A stretch of DNA of 64,000 nucleotides, from the NCBI GenBank assembly GCA_003557725.1, contig PWNQ01000113.1:5758-69757 (forward strand), written 5' to 3'. The notes below the pieces were generated by a model. It did no database searches. It was not told the origin of the DNA and was given only the letters and a program-made list of their open reading frames with translations. A program made the position numbers and the translations under genes. This stretch comes from Bacteroidales bacterium. GTDB taxonomy: Bacteria > Bacteroidota > Bacteroidia > Bacteroidales > PWNQ01. Of this stretch, positions 27,009 through 39,725 are shown piece by piece; position 1 is the stretch's first letter; each line of letters begins with the position of its first letter.

Positions 27009-29285
27009 TCAGAATGCAGCCACCTCTTTAAGCAGGGTTCCCGGGGTTTTCAGCAACTCCGGATGCTTATCCACGTGTATCATGGCAGATACGGACAAGT
27101 CTTTAGCGGTCCACTGGGCCACCCCTTTCACCACGGTTTGTTTAGCAATGAACACATGTCCCATTTTAATGGATATCTCAGGGATGGAACCTGCAGCCTC
27201 CTTAAACCGCTGAACTGCCTCTTGCAAAGACTCCCGGGCATGGTGGGGGTGCTTAAAGGCATTTTCCACCTCTTCAGTGACTTCATACACCTGCTGCATG
27301 GTCATAGGGTTCTTGGATATTCCCATGCGATTATTCTCACGGGTGGGAGCTTTTTCCGGGTGATAAAAGATAAACCCGGCCTCGTCCAGTATGTTAAGCA
27401 GCTCATCATGTGCTTTGAGGATCACCGCTTCATTATCTGTATTAAAATATGCATATACAGGCAAGTGACGATTAAGGGTGCGTTTTTTATAGTCGGTATT
27501 GATGGAATTGAAAGAGACATACTGTGAGAACGCGTTTTGCAGGATATATATCTGATCTCTCAGGTGCCTGATCTCCTTTTGGTACTGATGTGTGGCCTGG
27601 GTCAGTTTATTTTCATAGTACTGATAGAACTGCTTCATGAAGTGGTTCTTGGGCCCGGCAGCCACCAGTCGTTTTCCTTCATCGGTATCGGTAAAGTTCT
27701 CAAAGTTCTCAATAAACTTTTCGGCCAGGGTCTGGGCTTGTTTATCCCAGGCATCCGGGTATTTCCATGTACGTCTGGGGTTAAGGATGCTGTTATCTTC
27801 CAGCCCTGCCACTTTTTTAGGTATGCTTAATCCGAAGATGGGCACTTCTTCATATTCTTCCTCATCGATGGAGTCGTTAAGGATAGCCCGGATAATTTTA
27901 CGGGTTTCGGGCAGTGATATGCGTTGGCCCACGCCATAGGCTCCGCCGGTCCATCCGGTATTCACCAGATATGCTGTTGCGCCGTGTTCCCTCATCTTAT
28001 TGGCCAGTGCCTGGGCGTATACTGTGGGGTGCAGCAGCAAAAATGCCGCTCCGAAAGCAGAGGAAAAGGTGGGCAACGGCTCACGTATGCCTCGCTCTGT
28101 ACCGGCCAGCTTGGCCGTATAGCCACTCATAAAATAATACTTGGCCTGGTCTTCTGTAAGCCGGGAAACCGGTGGAAACACTCCAAAAGCATCCGCAGTG
28201 AGAAAAATGATCTTTCGCGGATGAGGCCCCTTGGACACGGGCCGTACAATGTTATCAATATGATAGATGGGATATGATACCCGGGTGTTTTCTGTCTTGG
28301 AGTCATCATTAAAATCAATGGCACCGGTGCTGGAATCATATGCCACATTTTCCAGCAGGGCATCCCGCCGGATAGCATTGTATATATCCGGCTCCTTCTC
28401 GGCACTCAGGTTGATACACTTGGCATAACACCCACCTTCAAAGTTAAATATCCCTTCTTTATCCCACCCATGCTCATCATCACCAATGAGATACCGCTGT
28501 GGATCAGCCGAAAGGGTGGTCTTTCCTGTTCCACTGAGCCCAAAAAAGATAGCCGTATCCCCGTTTTTACCCATATTGGCAGAGCAGTGCATAGAGGCCA
28601 TTCCATCCAGGGGAAGGTAGTAGTTCATAATGGAAAAGAACCCTTTCTTTATCTCCCCTCCATACCATGTTCCTCCCACCACTGCCATACGTTCTTTTAT
28701 GTTAAAAGCCACAAATACATCACTGTTCAGGCCCTGCTCCATCCATTGGGGGTTGGTAGCCTTACAGGCATGAAGCATAACAAAATCCGGCTCGAAATTC
28801 TCCAGGTCCTCAGCGGTGGGCCGGATAAACATATTTTTTACAAAGTGAGCCACCCAGGCAATTTCGGTGATCACACGGATCTTTAACCGGGTGTTCCCGT
28901 TGGCACCACAATAGGCATCCATAACATAGAGCGTCTTGCCATTGAGCTGCTTTTGACTAATGCCCCGCAAGTGCTCCCATACCTCATGGGAGATGGGCCG
29001 GTTATCAGAGCCTTTACGCTTTGGATCTGCCCACCAGATCTTATCCACCGATTCATCTTCCTTAACAATATACTTGTCTTTGGGCGAACGCCCGGTGAAG
29101 ACCCCCGTATCTACAGCTACGGCTTGGGTATCCGTAACAAACCCTTTCTCATAACCTTCCTGTGCCGGATCAGTCTCATGACGGAACAGTGTCTCATAAT
29201 CCAGGTTGTAATAGATCTTTTTCACTTCTCGGATGCCATACCGACTCACATCAGGAATGGCAATATCTGCTATCTTTTTTGACAT
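27009..29285 (-). CDS. pckA: ATP-dependent phosphoenolpyruvate carboxykinase fused to a 212-aa C-terminal extension of unknown function
   Basis: Kinase-1a motif [13 protein letters not shown] plus the usual PckA blocks. The canonical terminus ...RLVAAGPK is followed without a stop by [14 protein letters not shown]... through to the TGA at 27009-27011. Confidence 0.9.
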   Translation of the reverse strand: MSKKIADIAIPDVSRYGIREVKKIYYNLDYETLFRHETDPAQEGYEKGFVTDTQAVAVDTGVFTGRSPKDKYIVKEDESVDKIWWADPKRKGSDNRPISHEVWEHLRGISQKQLNGKTLYVMDAYCGANGNTRLKIRVITEIAWVAHFVKNMFIRPTAEDLENFEPDFVMLHACKATNPQWMEQGLNSDVFVAFNIKERMAVVGGTWYGGEIKKGFFSIMNYYLPLDGMASMHCSANMGKNGDTAIFFGLSGTGKTTLSADPQRYLIGDDEHGWDKEGIFNFEGGCYAKCINLSAEKEPDIYNAIRRDALLENVAYDSSTGAIDFNDDSKTENTRVSYPIYHIDNIVRPVSKGPHPRKIIFLTADAFGVFPPVSRLTEDQAKYYFMSGYTAKLAGTERGIREPLPTFSSAFGAAFLLLHPTVYAQALANKMREHGATAYLVNTGWTGGAYGVGQRISLPETRKIIRAILNDSIDEEEYEEVPIFGLSIPKKVAGLEDNSILNPRRTWKYPDAWDKQAQTLAEKFIENFENFTDTDEGKRLVAAGPKNHFMKQFYQYYENKLTQATHQYQKEIRHLRDQIYILQNAFSQYVSFNSINTDYKKRTLNRHLPVYAYFNTDNEAVILKAHDELLNILDEAGFIFYHPEKAPTRENNRMGISKNPMTMQQVYEVTEEVENAFKHPHHARESLQEAVQRFKEAAGSIPEISIKMGHVFIAKQTVVKGVAQWTAKDLSVSAMIHVDKHPELLKTPGTLLKEVAAF

Positions 29286-29374
29286 GTTGTACCTGTTGCT
29301 GATTTATTCCACAATACTATCCATAACGGCCTAATGCCGTTCTATAATCTTTTGAGCGTTATACCCTGGGGGTA

Positions 29375-29968
29375 TTATTCCTGTACTTTGGTGACATTTT
29401 GATTATCGAGCCGGTATTTTTGTCCGCTTTCGGGGCAAAAGGCTATCCCCTGATCGTTAAACTTCAGGCGGTGGCCGTATTGGCTCATCCATCCGGCATG
29501 CCTTCCCGGGTTTCCCACCATCAGGGAATAGGGTTTTACATCGCGAATAATGACTGCCCCGGCACCAATAAAAGCATATTCACCGATCTCTATCCCACAG
29601 ACAATGGTGGCATTCGCTCCGATGGTGGCCCCTCTGCGCACCCTGGTCCTCACGTATTCCCCCCGACGGTTCACCCCGCTGCGCGGATTTACCACATTGG
29701 TAAACACCATAGACGGACCCAGAAAAACATCATCATCGCACTGCACACCCGTATATATGGAAACATTGTTCTGCACTTTAACATTGCGACCAAGGGTTAC
29801 ATGCGGAGAAATCACTACGTTTTGACCCATATTGCAATGTTCACCAATGATACAGTTGGGCATGATATGGGTGAAGTGCCATATTTTTGTTCCTTTTCCT
29901 ATGGTGCAGCCTTCATCAATAACGGCGGTTTCGTGGGCAAAATATTCTTTCTCCTGTTGTTCTCTCAT
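29375..29968 (-). CDS. Left-handed beta-helix sugar N-acetyltransferase (WbpD/WlbB-like)
   Basis: Hexapeptide repeats (IGKGTKIWHFTHI, IGEHCNMGQNVVI, IGANATIVCGIEIGEYAFIGAGAVI). Adjacent to a DegT-type aminotransferase. Confidence 0.75.
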   Translation of the reverse strand: MREQQEKEYFAHETAVIDEGCTIGKGTKIWHFTHIMPNCIIGEHCNMGQNVVISPHVTLGRNVKVQNNVSIYTGVQCDDDVFLGPSMVFTNVVNPRSGVNRRGEYVRTRVRRGATIGANATIVCGIEIGEYAFIGAGAVIIRDVKPYSLMVGNPGRHAGWMSQYGHRLKFNDQGIAFCPESGQKYRLDNQNVTKVQE

Positions 29969-29992
29969 TGGGTTGGCGATATTAGATAAAGA

Positions 29993-31135
29993 TTATTTAT
30001 TCTTTTCCAGGCAGTCCAGCACATTTTCACAAATATACTCTTGCTGTTTTTCATCCAATTCTGTGTGCATTGGCAGTGAGATCACCCGTTGAGCCAGGTC
30101 TTCAGAGACGGGCAACTTTCCCGGGGGGTGAGCTTTTTCATCCATATATGCTTTTTGCATATGCAGTGGCACCGGATAATAGATCATGGATGGCACCCCT
30201 TTAGCTTTAAGGGATTGCTGCATAATATTCCGGTTTACAGAGGGATTAAGTATAAGGGTATATTGGTGAAACACGTGTGTGCTTCCCGGGTCACGAACGG
30301 GTATCTGCAGGTCCGGATGTCCTTGCAGCATACTGTCGTAGCGTTGTGCTGCCTGGCGTCGTGCCTGGATATATTGGTCCAGGTGGCGCAGTTTCACATC
30401 CAGTATGGCGGCCTGCATGGCATCCAGCCGGGAATTTACCCCCACATAGTCGTGATAATACTTTTTGAATGAACCGTGGTTTACAATGGCTCCCAGCTTT
30501 TTAGCCAGCGTATCATCCCGGGTAAAGATGGCCCCGCCATCACCGAAAGCGCCCAGGTTCTTTGAGGGAAAGAAAGACATACAGCCCATTTGGCCAATGG
30601 TGCCGGCTTTCATTTCACCACCACCCGCTACCCTGGCCACAGAGCCAATGGCCTGGCAGGTATCCTCCACAATGGCCAGGTTATGCCGGGCGGCCAGCTT
30701 CTGCAAAGGATCCATAGGGACACACTGGCCAAACAGATGAACAGGAATAATTACACGGGTACGGGAGGTAATTGCCTCACGGGTAGCATCCAGGTCCATA
30801 TTAAACGTGTGCGGGTCTACATCTACCAGTACCGGCTTAAGGCCCAGCAAGGCAATAACCTCTGCCGTAGCTATAAACGTAAAAGTAGAAGTGATCACCT
30901 CGTCACCGGGTTCCAGATCCAGCGCCATCAGGGCCACCTGAAGGGCATCGGTGCCGTTGCCACAGGGGATCACGTGAGCACCATCCAAATAGCCGGAAAG
31001 GTTCTGCGCAAACTGCTTCACCGCAGGCCCGTTGATAAATGCAGCGGATTCAATCACCTCACTGATAGCCGAATCCACTTCGGGTTTAATTTTTTCATAC
31101 TGCCTTTTCAGGTCAACCATACGTATCTCTTCCAT
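29993..31135 (-). CDS. DegT/DnrJ/EryC1/StrS family aminotransferase (WbpE-like)
   Basis: MVDLKRQYEKIKPEVD...FINGPAVKQFAQNL...CGNGTDAL...SFFPSKNLGAFGDGGA. The ATG at 31135 is preferred because the longer track ORF overlaps eno. Confidence 0.8.
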   Translation of the reverse strand: MEEIRMVDLKRQYEKIKPEVDSAISEVIESAAFINGPAVKQFAQNLSGYLDGAHVIPCGNGTDALQVALMALDLEPGDEVITSTFTFIATAEVIALLGLKPVLVDVDPHTFNMDLDATREAITSRTRVIIPVHLFGQCVPMDPLQKLAARHNLAIVEDTCQAIGSVARVAGGGEMKAGTIGQMGCMSFFPSKNLGAFGDGGAIFTRDDTLAKKLGAIVNHGSFKKYYHDYVGVNSRLDAMQAAILDVKLRHLDQYIQARRQAAQRYDSMLQGHPDLQIPVRDPGSTHVFHQYTLILNPSVNRNIMQQSLKAKGVPSMIYYPVPLHMQKAYMDEKAHPPGKLPVSEDLAQRVISLPMHTELDEKQQEYICENVLDCLEKNK

Positions 31136-31226
31136 AGAACGAATATATTTTAATAATTGGCTGTGTTGCGTATGTCCGACATAAGCCAAAATATACGTCC
31201 TCCGGCTTTTGGGAGGACGTTGGGGT

Positions 31227-32649
<1,423 letters not shown>

Positions 32650-32687
32650 TCTGGTTATCTGCTTATATTCATGTAATTGCTTTACAA

Positions 32688-33398
32688 CTACGCTTTTTTA
32701 TCCTCACCGGAGGGCTCTTGCTTATCCTCATCTTTCTTCTCTTCCTCAGGCTCTATGGGTTCCTCTTTAGTCTCTACTTTCCCTTCCGGTGATGTACTGC
32801 CGGGTTTTTCAGCTTCTTTAGCCTCGTCTACAGGGGCATCTTTGGGTTTTTCTGTAGTTTCCTCAGTTTCCAGCTTAGCCTCAGCGGTGGGTGCTTGTGG
32901 TTTGTCCGGCGTTTTTTTAGCCTGTGCTGCTTCCGGTGCCGCTTGTTCCGGGGTAGTTTTCTTGCCCCCTCTTCTGCGTCGGCCTCTGCGGGTTTTCTTT
33001 TGGGAATCATCTTCTTCCTGCTTAGCTTCCAGCATGGCTTCGTTATAGTCCACCAGTTCTACCAGGCACATGTCTGCGTTATCGCCGTAGCGGTTTCCCG
33101 TTTTGAGGATACGTGTATATCCCCCCGGCCGTTCGGCTACTTTAACAGACACCTCACGGAACAGTTCGTTTACCGCTTCTTTGCTTTTTAGGCGTGAAAA
33201 CACTGCCCTGCGCGAGTGCATGGTATCATCTTTCGACTTTGTTATCAGTGGCTCTACATATTTTCGCAAAGCTTTTCCTTTGGCCACGGTGGTGGTAATG
33301 CGTTTATGCAAGATCAGAGAGGTGGCCATATTGGAAAGCATGGCTTTCCGGTGGGCCTGAGTTCTACCCAGGCTATTGATTGCTTTTCGGTGTCTCAT
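32688..33398 (-). CDS. rplQ: 50S ribosomal protein L17 with a long K/E/P/A-rich C-terminal tail
   Basis: [45 protein letters not shown]. The conserved core is about 125 aa and is followed by about 110 aa of low complexity. Confidence 0.93.
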   Translation of the reverse strand: MRHRKAINSLGRTQAHRKAMLSNMATSLILHKRITTTVAKGKALRKYVEPLITKSKDDTMHSRRAVFSRLKSKEAVNELFREVSVKVAERPGGYTRILKTGNRYGDNADMCLVELVDYNEAMLEAKQEEDDSQKKTRRGRRRRGGKKTTPEQAAPEAAQAKKTPDKPQAPTAEAKLETEETTEKPKDAPVDEAKEAEKPGSTSPEGKVETKEEPIEPEEEKKDEDKQEPSGEDKKA

Positions 33399-33404
33399 TG
33401 CTTC

Positions 33405-34397
33405 TTAATCCTTATCCAATTTATACTTTGATACATCCATCCCAAAAGTGAGTCCTTTGGCCCTCACCAGATCTTCCAGTTCTGAAAGGGATTTTTTTCC
33501 GAAGTTCCTAAACTTCAACAAATCGTTACGGTTGTAGGATACCAGGTCGCCCAGTGTTTCCACTTCAGCTGCTTTCAGACAGTTCAGTGCCCTTACAGAA
33601 AGGTCCACATCACCCAACGAGGTTTTGAGCAGCTGGCGCATGTGTAGTGAGGTTTCATCAAACTCTTCGGTGATGGACGGCTCTTCTTCATCCAGCGTGA
33701 TTCGCTCATCAGAAAACAACATAAAGTGCTTGATGAGTATCTTGGCTGCTTCCTTTAAGGCGTCCTTCGGGTGAACAGATCCATCTCCTTCGATGGTAAT
33801 AAGCAGTTTTTCGTAGTCGGTTTTCTGCTCCACGCGGTAGTTTTCCACGTCATATTTCACGTTTACTATGGGCGTGAAGATAGAGTCCATGACGATAGTG
33901 CCCAAGGGGTCGGAGCTGGATTTGTTTTCTTCCGCCGGACGGTATCCCCGTCCTTTGCCTATAGTGACTTCCATATTTAATTTCACGGAAGACTCCATCC
34001 GGCATATGAGCTGATCGCTGTTAATCACCTGGAAGTTGGACAGGAACGTATTGATATCCTTGCCGGTAAATTCCTTTTGGTTAGAGATCACCACGTTTAT
34101 CTTCTCCTCATACTGGTCTTCGATTTGCTGCTTCAGCCTTAGCTGCTTCAGGTTTAGGATGATATCGGTAACATCCTCCATAATGCCGTCGATGGATGTA
34201 AATTCCTGTTCCACCCCTTCGATCCTCACTTTTGTAATGGCGAACCCTTCCAGGGAGTTCAGCAAGGTTCTTCTCAGGGCGTTGCCGATGGTGACGCCGT
34301 ATCCGGGCTCCAGTGGTCTGAACTCGAAGTTTCCGACAAAGTCGTTGGCTTCGTTCATGATCACTTTGTCGGGTTTTTGAAAATCTAAAATTGCCAT
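33405..34397 (-). CDS. rpoA: DNA-directed RNA polymerase alpha subunit
   Basis: [28 protein letters not shown] in the N-terminal domain and the C-terminal-domain motif [20 protein letters not shown]. Confidence 0.95.
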   Translation of the reverse strand: MAILDFQKPDKVIMNEANDFVGNFEFRPLEPGYGVTIGNALRRTLLNSLEGFAITKVRIEGVEQEFTSIDGIMEDVTDIILNLKQLRLKQQIEDQYEEKINVVISNQKEFTGKDINTFLSNFQVINSDQLICRMESSVKLNMEVTIGKGRGYRPAEENKSSSDPLGTIVMDSIFTPIVNVKYDVENYRVEQKTDYEKLLITIEGDGSVHPKDALKEAAKILIKHFMLFSDERITLDEEEPSITEEFDETSLHMRQLLKTSLGDVDLSVRALNCLKAAEVETLGDLVSYNRNDLLKFRNFGKKSLSELEDLVRAKGLTFGMDVSKYKLDKD

Positions 34398-34440
34398 GGG
34401 TTTTCGCTTTATTTCGTTTACAGGGTGTTATTATTAGCGG

Positions 34441-35046
34441 TTACTTGGAGTACAACTCCACGATGAGCTGTTCATTGATATTTTCCGGTATGTCTTCTCT
34501 TTCGGGGTAGTTAAGGAGCTTTCCGGCCATCATGTCCTGGTCCCATTCCAGCCAGCTATACTTGCTGCTGCGGGTGGCCAGGGCATCCTGGATCGCCATC
34601 ATGCTCTTGGACCGCTCTCTGACACCAATGATATCATCGGGTTTGACCGTATAGGAAGGGATGTTCACCACTTCACCATTAACCACTATATGCCGATGGG
34701 ACACCAGTTGTCGTGCAGCGGCACGTGAGGATGCAATCCCCAGCCGAAACACCACGTTATCCAGACGGGCTTCAATAAGCTGCAGCAGGGCAGTGCCTGT
34801 CACACCTTTACTCTGACTGGCCTTATGGAAGGTCTTACGAAACTGGCGTTCCAAAATACCATAGGTATATTTGGCTTTCTGCTTCTCTTTAAGCTGAACC
34901 CCGTAATCGGACACCTTCCTGCGTCGCTGGTCGTTGCCATGTTGCCCGGGCGGGTGCTTCTTCTTCTCAAAATATTTGTCGGGACCGTAAATGGGCTCTC
35001 CGAATTTCCTGGCGATCTTTGTTCTTGGACCAATATATCTTGCCAT
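34441..35046 (-). CDS. rpsD: 30S ribosomal protein S4
   Basis: [19 protein letters not shown]...[13 protein letters not shown]. Confidence 0.95.
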   Translation of the reverse strand: MARYIGPRTKIARKFGEPIYGPDKYFEKKKHPPGQHGNDQRRRKVSDYGVQLKEKQKAKYTYGILERQFRKTFHKASQSKGVTGTALLQLIEARLDNVVFRLGIASSRAAARQLVSHRHIVVNGEVVNIPSYTVKPDDIIGVRERSKSMMAIQDALATRSSKYSWLEWDQDMMAGKLLNYPEREDIPENINEQLIVELYSK

Positions 35047-35080
35047 AACTATGTAATTTTCTCAGGTTTATAATAGTGAA

Positions 35081-35488
35081 TTAAACGCGCCTGCGTTTGG
35101 GTGGGCGACAACCATTATGGGGTAGTGGCGTGACGTCTACAATGGAAGTGACTTCAATACCCAAAGAATGGAGGGTACGGATAGCTGACTCCCTGCCGCT
35201 TCCCGGGCCTTTAACAAAAACCTTCACTTTCCGCAGGCCGGCATCATGAGCCATCTTTCCTGCATCCTCTGCGGCCATCTGGGCAGCATAGGGTGTGTTT
35301 TTCTTGGAACCACGAAACCCTCGCTTACCAGCGGATGACCAGGCAATCACCTGACCACGCGAATTGGTGAGCGTGATAATCACATTATTGAACGTGGCGC
35401 TGACAAACGCCTTCCCGATAGGCTCCACCTGAACCTTGCGCTTCCGGCCGCGACCCCCCTTACCCGATGTTCTAACTTGTTTTGCCAT
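35081..35488 (-). CDS. rpsK: 30S ribosomal protein S11
   Basis: [38 protein letters not shown]. Confidence 0.95.
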   Translation of the reverse strand: MAKQVRTSGKGGRGRKRKVQVEPIGKAFVSATFNNVIITLTNSRGQVIAWSSAGKRGFRGSKKNTPYAAQMAAEDAGKMAHDAGLRKVKVFVKGPGSGRESAIRTLHSLGIEVTSIVDVTPLPHNGCRPPKRRRV

Positions 35489-35516
35489 AGTAATCTGATG
35501 ATTTTAACGTTTAATA

Positions 35517-35894
35517 CTACTTAGCTGCAATCTTCTTGTTGGCTACCGTCTTCTTGCGACCCTTGCGCGTACGGGCATTGTTCTTGGTCTTCTGACCTCG
35601 CAACGGAAGACCCGTACGATGACGGATACCACGGTAGGTACCTATGTCCATCAAACGCTTTATGTTCATCTGTATCTGCGAACGTAAAGAACCCTCTACA
35701 GTGAGGTGGTCGTTCACATAGTTCCTGATCTTGGTCTGCTCCTGGTCATCCCATTCAGAAACTTTCTTATCCCGGGGGATATTCAGGTCATCAAGGATCT
35801 TACGCGCTGTGCTATGGCTGATGCCATAAACATACGTTAATCCAACACTGCCGTGTTTATCTTTTGGTAAATCAACACCTGCAATTCTTGCCAT
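35517..35894 (-). CDS. rpsM: 30S ribosomal protein S13
   Basis: [14 protein letters not shown]...[26 protein letters not shown]. Confidence 0.95.
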   Translation of the reverse strand: MARIAGVDLPKDKHGSVGLTYVYGISHSTARKILDDLNIPRDKKVSEWDDQEQTKIRNYVNDHLTVEGSLRSQIQMNIKRLMDIGTYRGIRHRTGLPLRGQKTKNNARTRKGRKKTVANKKIAAK

Positions 35895-35939
35895 AAAAAT
35901 ATATTGTTAATTGGTTTATTGCCTCTTATGAATAATATA

Positions 35940-36056
35940 CTACCCTTGACGCTGCTTGTTGCGCGGGTTTTTCTTGTTAATTACGTAAACCTTCCCCTTG
36001 CGACGAACTATCTTGTCGTCGGAGGAACGCTTCTTCACCGATGCCTGTACTTTCAT
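35940..36056 (-). CDS. rpmJ: 50S ribosomal protein L36 (not in the ORF track)
   Basis: Hand translation of the minus strand gives [38 protein letters not shown] followed by TAG. Located between infA and rpsM. Confidence 0.9.
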   Translation of the reverse strand: MKVQASVKKRSSDDKIVRRKGKVYVINKKNPRNKQRQG

Positions 36057-36098
36057 CTCGCTTCTGTTTTTTTATCGTTGATCCTAAAAATATAATTC

Positions 36099-36317
36099 CT
36101 ATTTATACCGGTATGTGATGCGGCCTTTGGAAAGGTCGTAGGGTGACATTTCCAGCTTTACCTTATCACCGGGCAATATTTTGATATAATGCATGCGCAT
36201 TTTACCGGAAATATGGGCCGTAATAATGTGTCCGTTCTCCAATTCCACCCGAAACATGGCATTACCCAAGGTTTCGGTAACGGTTCCATCCTGTTCTATG
36301 GACTTCTGTTTTGCCAT
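36099..36317 (-). CDS. infA: Translation initiation factor IF-1
   Basis: [43 protein letters not shown]. Confidence 0.95.
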   Translation of the reverse strand: MAKQKSIEQDGTVTETLGNAMFRVELENGHIITAHISGKMRMHYIKILPGDKVKLEMSPYDLSKGRITYRYK

Positions 36318-36332
36318 ATGTTAATGTTTATA

Positions 36333-37130
36333 TCAAATTTTTAGCAAATCGCTGTTTTGTGCGATGGCTTTTTCAATTTCTTCAAAGCTGGACAACACGT
36401 CTGCGGGCTGGTCTTTTCGGATGGCCACGGCATGTTCAAAGTGTGCCGATGGCATCCGGTCGGCGGTGCGGAAGGTCCATCCGTCGCGCTCCTGCATAAC
36501 AAAGCGTTTGCCCTGGTTGATCATGGGCTCGATGCAGATCACCAGGCCCTGGCTCAGCGGAATGCCTCTGCCCGGCTTGCCAAAGTGATATACCTCGGGC
36601 TCTTCGTGCAGCTTTTTCCCCAATCCGTGCCCAACCAGGTCACGCACTACAGAAAAACCTTTTGCCTCCACGTGCTGCTGGATGGCATGCCCGATATCTC
36701 CCATGCGATGACCATGCCAAGCCTGATCGATGCCCAGATAAAGAGACTCCTTTGTTGCTTGAAGCAAATTTTGAGTGTCTTCTGGCACATTAGCCATGGC
36801 ATAAGTATATGCCGAATCACCATAATACCCTTCCAGAATGGTTCCACAATCAATGGATACCACATCCGCATCGCCGATCTCGCGATCGCCGGGAATGCCA
36901 TGCACCACCTGCTCATTAACAGAGATGCAAAGGGTAGCGGGAAAGCCCTGATACCCCTTAAACCCGGGTATGGCACCATGATCACGGATAAAAGTCTCCG
37001 CAAGGTGATCCAGCTTTGCCGTAGTGACGCCCGGCTTAATGGCTTTTACCACTTCAGCATGTGTCCGGCCAACAAGTAAAGAACTGGCTCTAATCTTTTC
37101 AATCTGCTCCTGATTCTTATAATATATCAT
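36333..37130 (-). CDS. map: Type I methionine aminopeptidase
   Basis: VVHGIPGDREI...GDADVVSIDCG...HGHRMGDIG...GHGLG...ICIEPM...FEHAVAI carry the metal ligand blocks. Confidence 0.93.
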   Translation of the reverse strand: MIYYKNQEQIEKIRASSLLVGRTHAEVVKAIKPGVTTAKLDHLAETFIRDHGAIPGFKGYQGFPATLCISVNEQVVHGIPGDREIGDADVVSIDCGTILEGYYGDSAYTYAMANVPEDTQNLLQATKESLYLGIDQAWHGHRMGDIGHAIQQHVEAKGFSVVRDLVGHGLGKKLHEEPEVYHFGKPGRGIPLSQGLVICIEPMINQGKRFVMQERDGWTFRTADRMPSAHFEHAVAIRKDQPADVLSSFEEIEKAIAQNSDLLKI

Positions 37131-37136
37131 AAATTA

Positions 37137-38498
37137 TCAGGCTCCCATTCCCGAAGAGGACCGTCCTTTGATCCTACCCGACTTGGTTAACCCGTCGTAG
37201 TGACGCATTAACAGGTGACTTTCAATTTGTTGCAATGTGTCCAGCACCACACCCACCATAATCAGCAGCGATGTACCGCCAAAAAACTGGGCAAACTGCT
37301 GGTTTACCCCAATAACGCTAACCAGTGCGGGCATTATAGCCACAAAGGCCAAAAATATGGACCCGGGCAGGGTAATGCGGGAAAGCACATTATCTATAAA
37401 GGCAGCCGTTCGCTTTCCCGGTTTTACCCCGGGAATAAAGCCGCCGTTCTTTTTCATATCTTCAGCCATCTGTGTTGGATTCACCGTAATGGCTGTATAA
37501 AAATAGGTGAACAGGATGATCATAATGGCGAAGGTGAGGTTATAATAGAACCCTTCAAAATTGGAAAATGCCGCTGCAAATCCGGATAATGCCGCTGAAT
37601 CAGAGAACCCAACCAGTGTAATGGGCAGGAACATGATAGCTTGTGCAAAGATAATGGGCATTACCCCGGCGCTATTCACTTTCAATGGAATATATTGTCG
37701 CACCCCCCCATATTGGCGGTTTCCCTGTATCCGTTTGGCAAACTGCACCGGGATCTTTCGTGTCCCCTGCACCAGCAGGATAGTCATCAGAATGACAAAC
37801 ACCAGGAATACCAGCTCCAGGACAAAGACTACCAGTCCTCCTCCTTCCTGCTCCAGCCTGGACACAAACTCAGCAGCCAGTGCAAAGGGCAGATTGGCAA
37901 TGATACCGATCATGATCAGCAGGGAGATTCCGTTTCCAATGCCTTTTTCCGTGATTCTTTCACCCAGCCACATGACAAACATGGTTCCTGAGGTAAGGAT
38001 AATCACCGAGGACACCCAGAAAAACAAGGATGGAGAGGTGACGGCAGGGTCGAAAGGGGAGATAGCCTGTGCGGGCAACTGGTTCACCAGGTTAGCAATA
38101 TAGCCGGGGGCCTGCATTCCGGTGATACCGATGGTAAGATAACGGGTGATCTGGTTGATCTTTTTCCGTCCGCTTTCTCCTTCTTTCTGCAGCTTTTGGA
38201 AGTATGGAATGGCCATACCCAGAAGCTGCACCACGATAGATGCGGAGATATAGGGCATAATTCCCAGTGCAAAGATGGATGCATTAGAGAACGCACCTCC
38301 GGAGAACATATTCAAAAGCCCCATAAGGCCCCCTGAGGTTTGCGCCCGCAATTGGTCCAGCATAGCCGGATCCACGCCGGGCAACACCACATAAGAGCCT
38401 AAGCGGTAGATCATGATCAATCCCAGCGTGATCAATATCTTTTGCCGTAGCTCTTCAATATTGTAAATATTCCTTATGGTTTCAATCAGCTTTTTCAT
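37137..38498 (-). CDS. secY: Preprotein translocase subunit SecY
   Basis: Ten-TM pattern, LFALGIMPYISASIVVQLL, within the ribosomal operon. Confidence 0.95.
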   Translation of the reverse strand: MKKLIETIRNIYNIEELRQKILITLGLIMIYRLGSYVVLPGVDPAMLDQLRAQTSGGLMGLLNMFSGGAFSNASIFALGIMPYISASIVVQLLGMAIPYFQKLQKEGESGRKKINQITRYLTIGITGMQAPGYIANLVNQLPAQAISPFDPAVTSPSLFFWVSSVIILTSGTMFVMWLGERITEKGIGNGISLLIMIGIIANLPFALAAEFVSRLEQEGGGLVVFVLELVFLVFVILMTILLVQGTRKIPVQFAKRIQGNRQYGGVRQYIPLKVNSAGVMPIIFAQAIMFLPITLVGFSDSAALSGFAAAFSNFEGFYYNLTFAIMIILFTYFYTAITVNPTQMAEDMKKNGGFIPGVKPGKRTAAFIDNVLSRITLPGSIFLAFVAIMPALVSVIGVNQQFAQFFGGTSLLIMVGVVLDTLQQIESHLLMRHYDGLTKSGRIKGRSSSGMGA

Positions 38499-38525
38499 GT
38501 GAACATGGTTTTATTCATGCGACTT

Positions 38526-38975
38526 CTATTTTCCGGAGGTAGCAGTGCCGCCTTGTTCCTCAATGGCTTTTATGGCACTTCCCGAGAAGGCATGCGCTTT
38601 CACATCCACTTTCTCGGTGAGTTCACCACGGCCCAAAATTTTAACTTTATCCTTTTTATTGGCCAATCCGTGATTGACAAACACGTCCATATCAAAGGAC
38701 CGGATACCCTTATTGGTCACCAGTTCTTGTATGGTGTCCAGGTTTACAGGTACATATTGCACCCTGAAAGGGTTTTTAAATCCAAACTTGGGCACCCTTC
38801 TCACCAGCGGCATTTGTCCGCCTTCAAATCCGGACCTGCGCTTGTATCCTGATCTGGAAAGCTGGCCTTTATGGCCTTTTGAGGCAGTGTCACCGAATCC
38901 GGATCCTTCGCCCCTTCCCAGTCGTTTGTTATTCTTTACAGCCCCTTTGGCTGGTTTGATCTTACTTAAATCCAT
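38526..38975 (-). CDS. rplO: 50S ribosomal protein L15
   Basis: [26 protein letters not shown]...[17 protein letters not shown]. Confidence 0.95.
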   Translation of the reverse strand: MDLSKIKPAKGAVKNNKRLGRGEGSGFGDTASKGHKGQLSRSGYKRRSGFEGGQMPLVRRVPKFGFKNPFRVQYVPVNLDTIQELVTNKGIRSFDMDVFVNHGLANKKDKVKILGRGELTEKVDVKAHAFSGSAIKAIEEQGGTATSGK

Positions 38976-39004
38976 AAGGCTTATGCAGGGTTAAAAAATA
39001 GTTA

Positions 39005-39184
39005 TTAAATCTCTTCCACTTCCACCAGGTGCTTCACTTTGTTGACCATTCCCATGACCACCGGTGTGGCTTCCCGTTCCACAGATTGTTGGTGTCTTTT
39101 TATTCCCAAAGCTTTAATGGTTTGCTTCTGGTCTTTGGGTTGGTCGATCACACTTTTCACCTGTTTTATTCTGATCTTTTTCAT
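39005..39184 (-). CDS. rpmD: 50S ribosomal protein L30 (not in the ORF track)
   Basis: Hand translation gives MKKIRIKQVKSVIDQPKDQKQTIKALGIKRHQQSVEREATPVVMGMVNKVKHLVEVEEI followed by TAA. Located between rpsE and rplO. Confidence 0.88.
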   Translation of the reverse strand: MKKIRIKQVKSVIDQPKDQKQTIKALGIKRHQQSVEREATPVVMGMVNKVKHLVEVEEI

Positions 39185-39201
39185 TGCGGTGTCTTTTAGC
39201 T

Positions 39202-39720
39202 TTATCCGTTAAACACTTTATCCAGGGTTACTCCCCGGGCTTGTGCTATAGTCAATGGGTCTCTCATGCTCAGCAAAGCATCGAGGGTAGCTTTCACCAC
39301 CGAGTGGGGGTTGGTAGACCCTTGCGACTTGGCCAGCACGTTTTTCACTCCCACACTTTCCAACACGGCCCTCATGGCACCACCGGCGATCACTCCAGTA
39401 CCCGGCCCGGCCGGCTTTACCAATACTTTGGCGCCGCTGTAGTATCCGGTTTGCTCGTGGGGCAGGGTCCCTTGAAATACGGGAACCCGCACCAGATGTT
39501 TTTTAGCATCTTCCACTCCCTTTGCAATGGCAGAAGTAACTTCTTTGGCCTTTCCCAGCCCGAAGCCTACCACCCCATTCTCATCGCCAACCACTACCAG
39601 TGCGGCAAAGCTGAAATCCCGTCCCCCTTTGGTAACTTTCGTGACCCGGTTTATAGCTACTAATCTATCCTTCAGATCAATATCAGGGGCCTTCACTTTT
39701 TGTATTTTTCCCTTGGGCAT
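39202..39720 (-). CDS. rpsE: 30S ribosomal protein S5
   Basis: [39 protein letters not shown]. Confidence 0.95.
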   Translation of the reverse strand: MPKGKIQKVKAPDIDLKDRLVAINRVTKVTKGGRDFSFAALVVVGDENGVVGFGLGKAKEVTSAIAKGVEDAKKHLVRVPVFQGTLPHEQTGYYSGAKVLVKPAGPGTGVIAGGAMRAVLESVGVKNVLAKSQGSTNPHSVVKATLDALLSMRDPLTIAQARGVTLDKVFNG

Positions 39721-39725
39721 AATAA

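Noticed and set aside
32677-33048. A 123-aa Ser/Leu/Ala-rich ORF on the plus strand.
   Set aside because: It is the mirror image of the low-complexity K/E/P/A tail of rplQ on the other strand and has no independent support.
36357-37079. Long antisense ORFs opposite well-supported genes. Examples: 240 aa opposite map; 43798-44568 (256 aa) opposite rpsC; 20260-20919 (219 aa) opposite the OFOR alpha subunit; 29399-29989 opposite the acetyltransferase; 13558-14184 opposite ribBA; 6022-6540 opposite pstB.
   Set aside because: Each lies entirely within a confidently identified gene on the other strand. They have biased low-complexity composition (rich in R, G, H, P, S, L) and contain no recognisable motif. 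This is the usual frame-complement artefact of codon bias.
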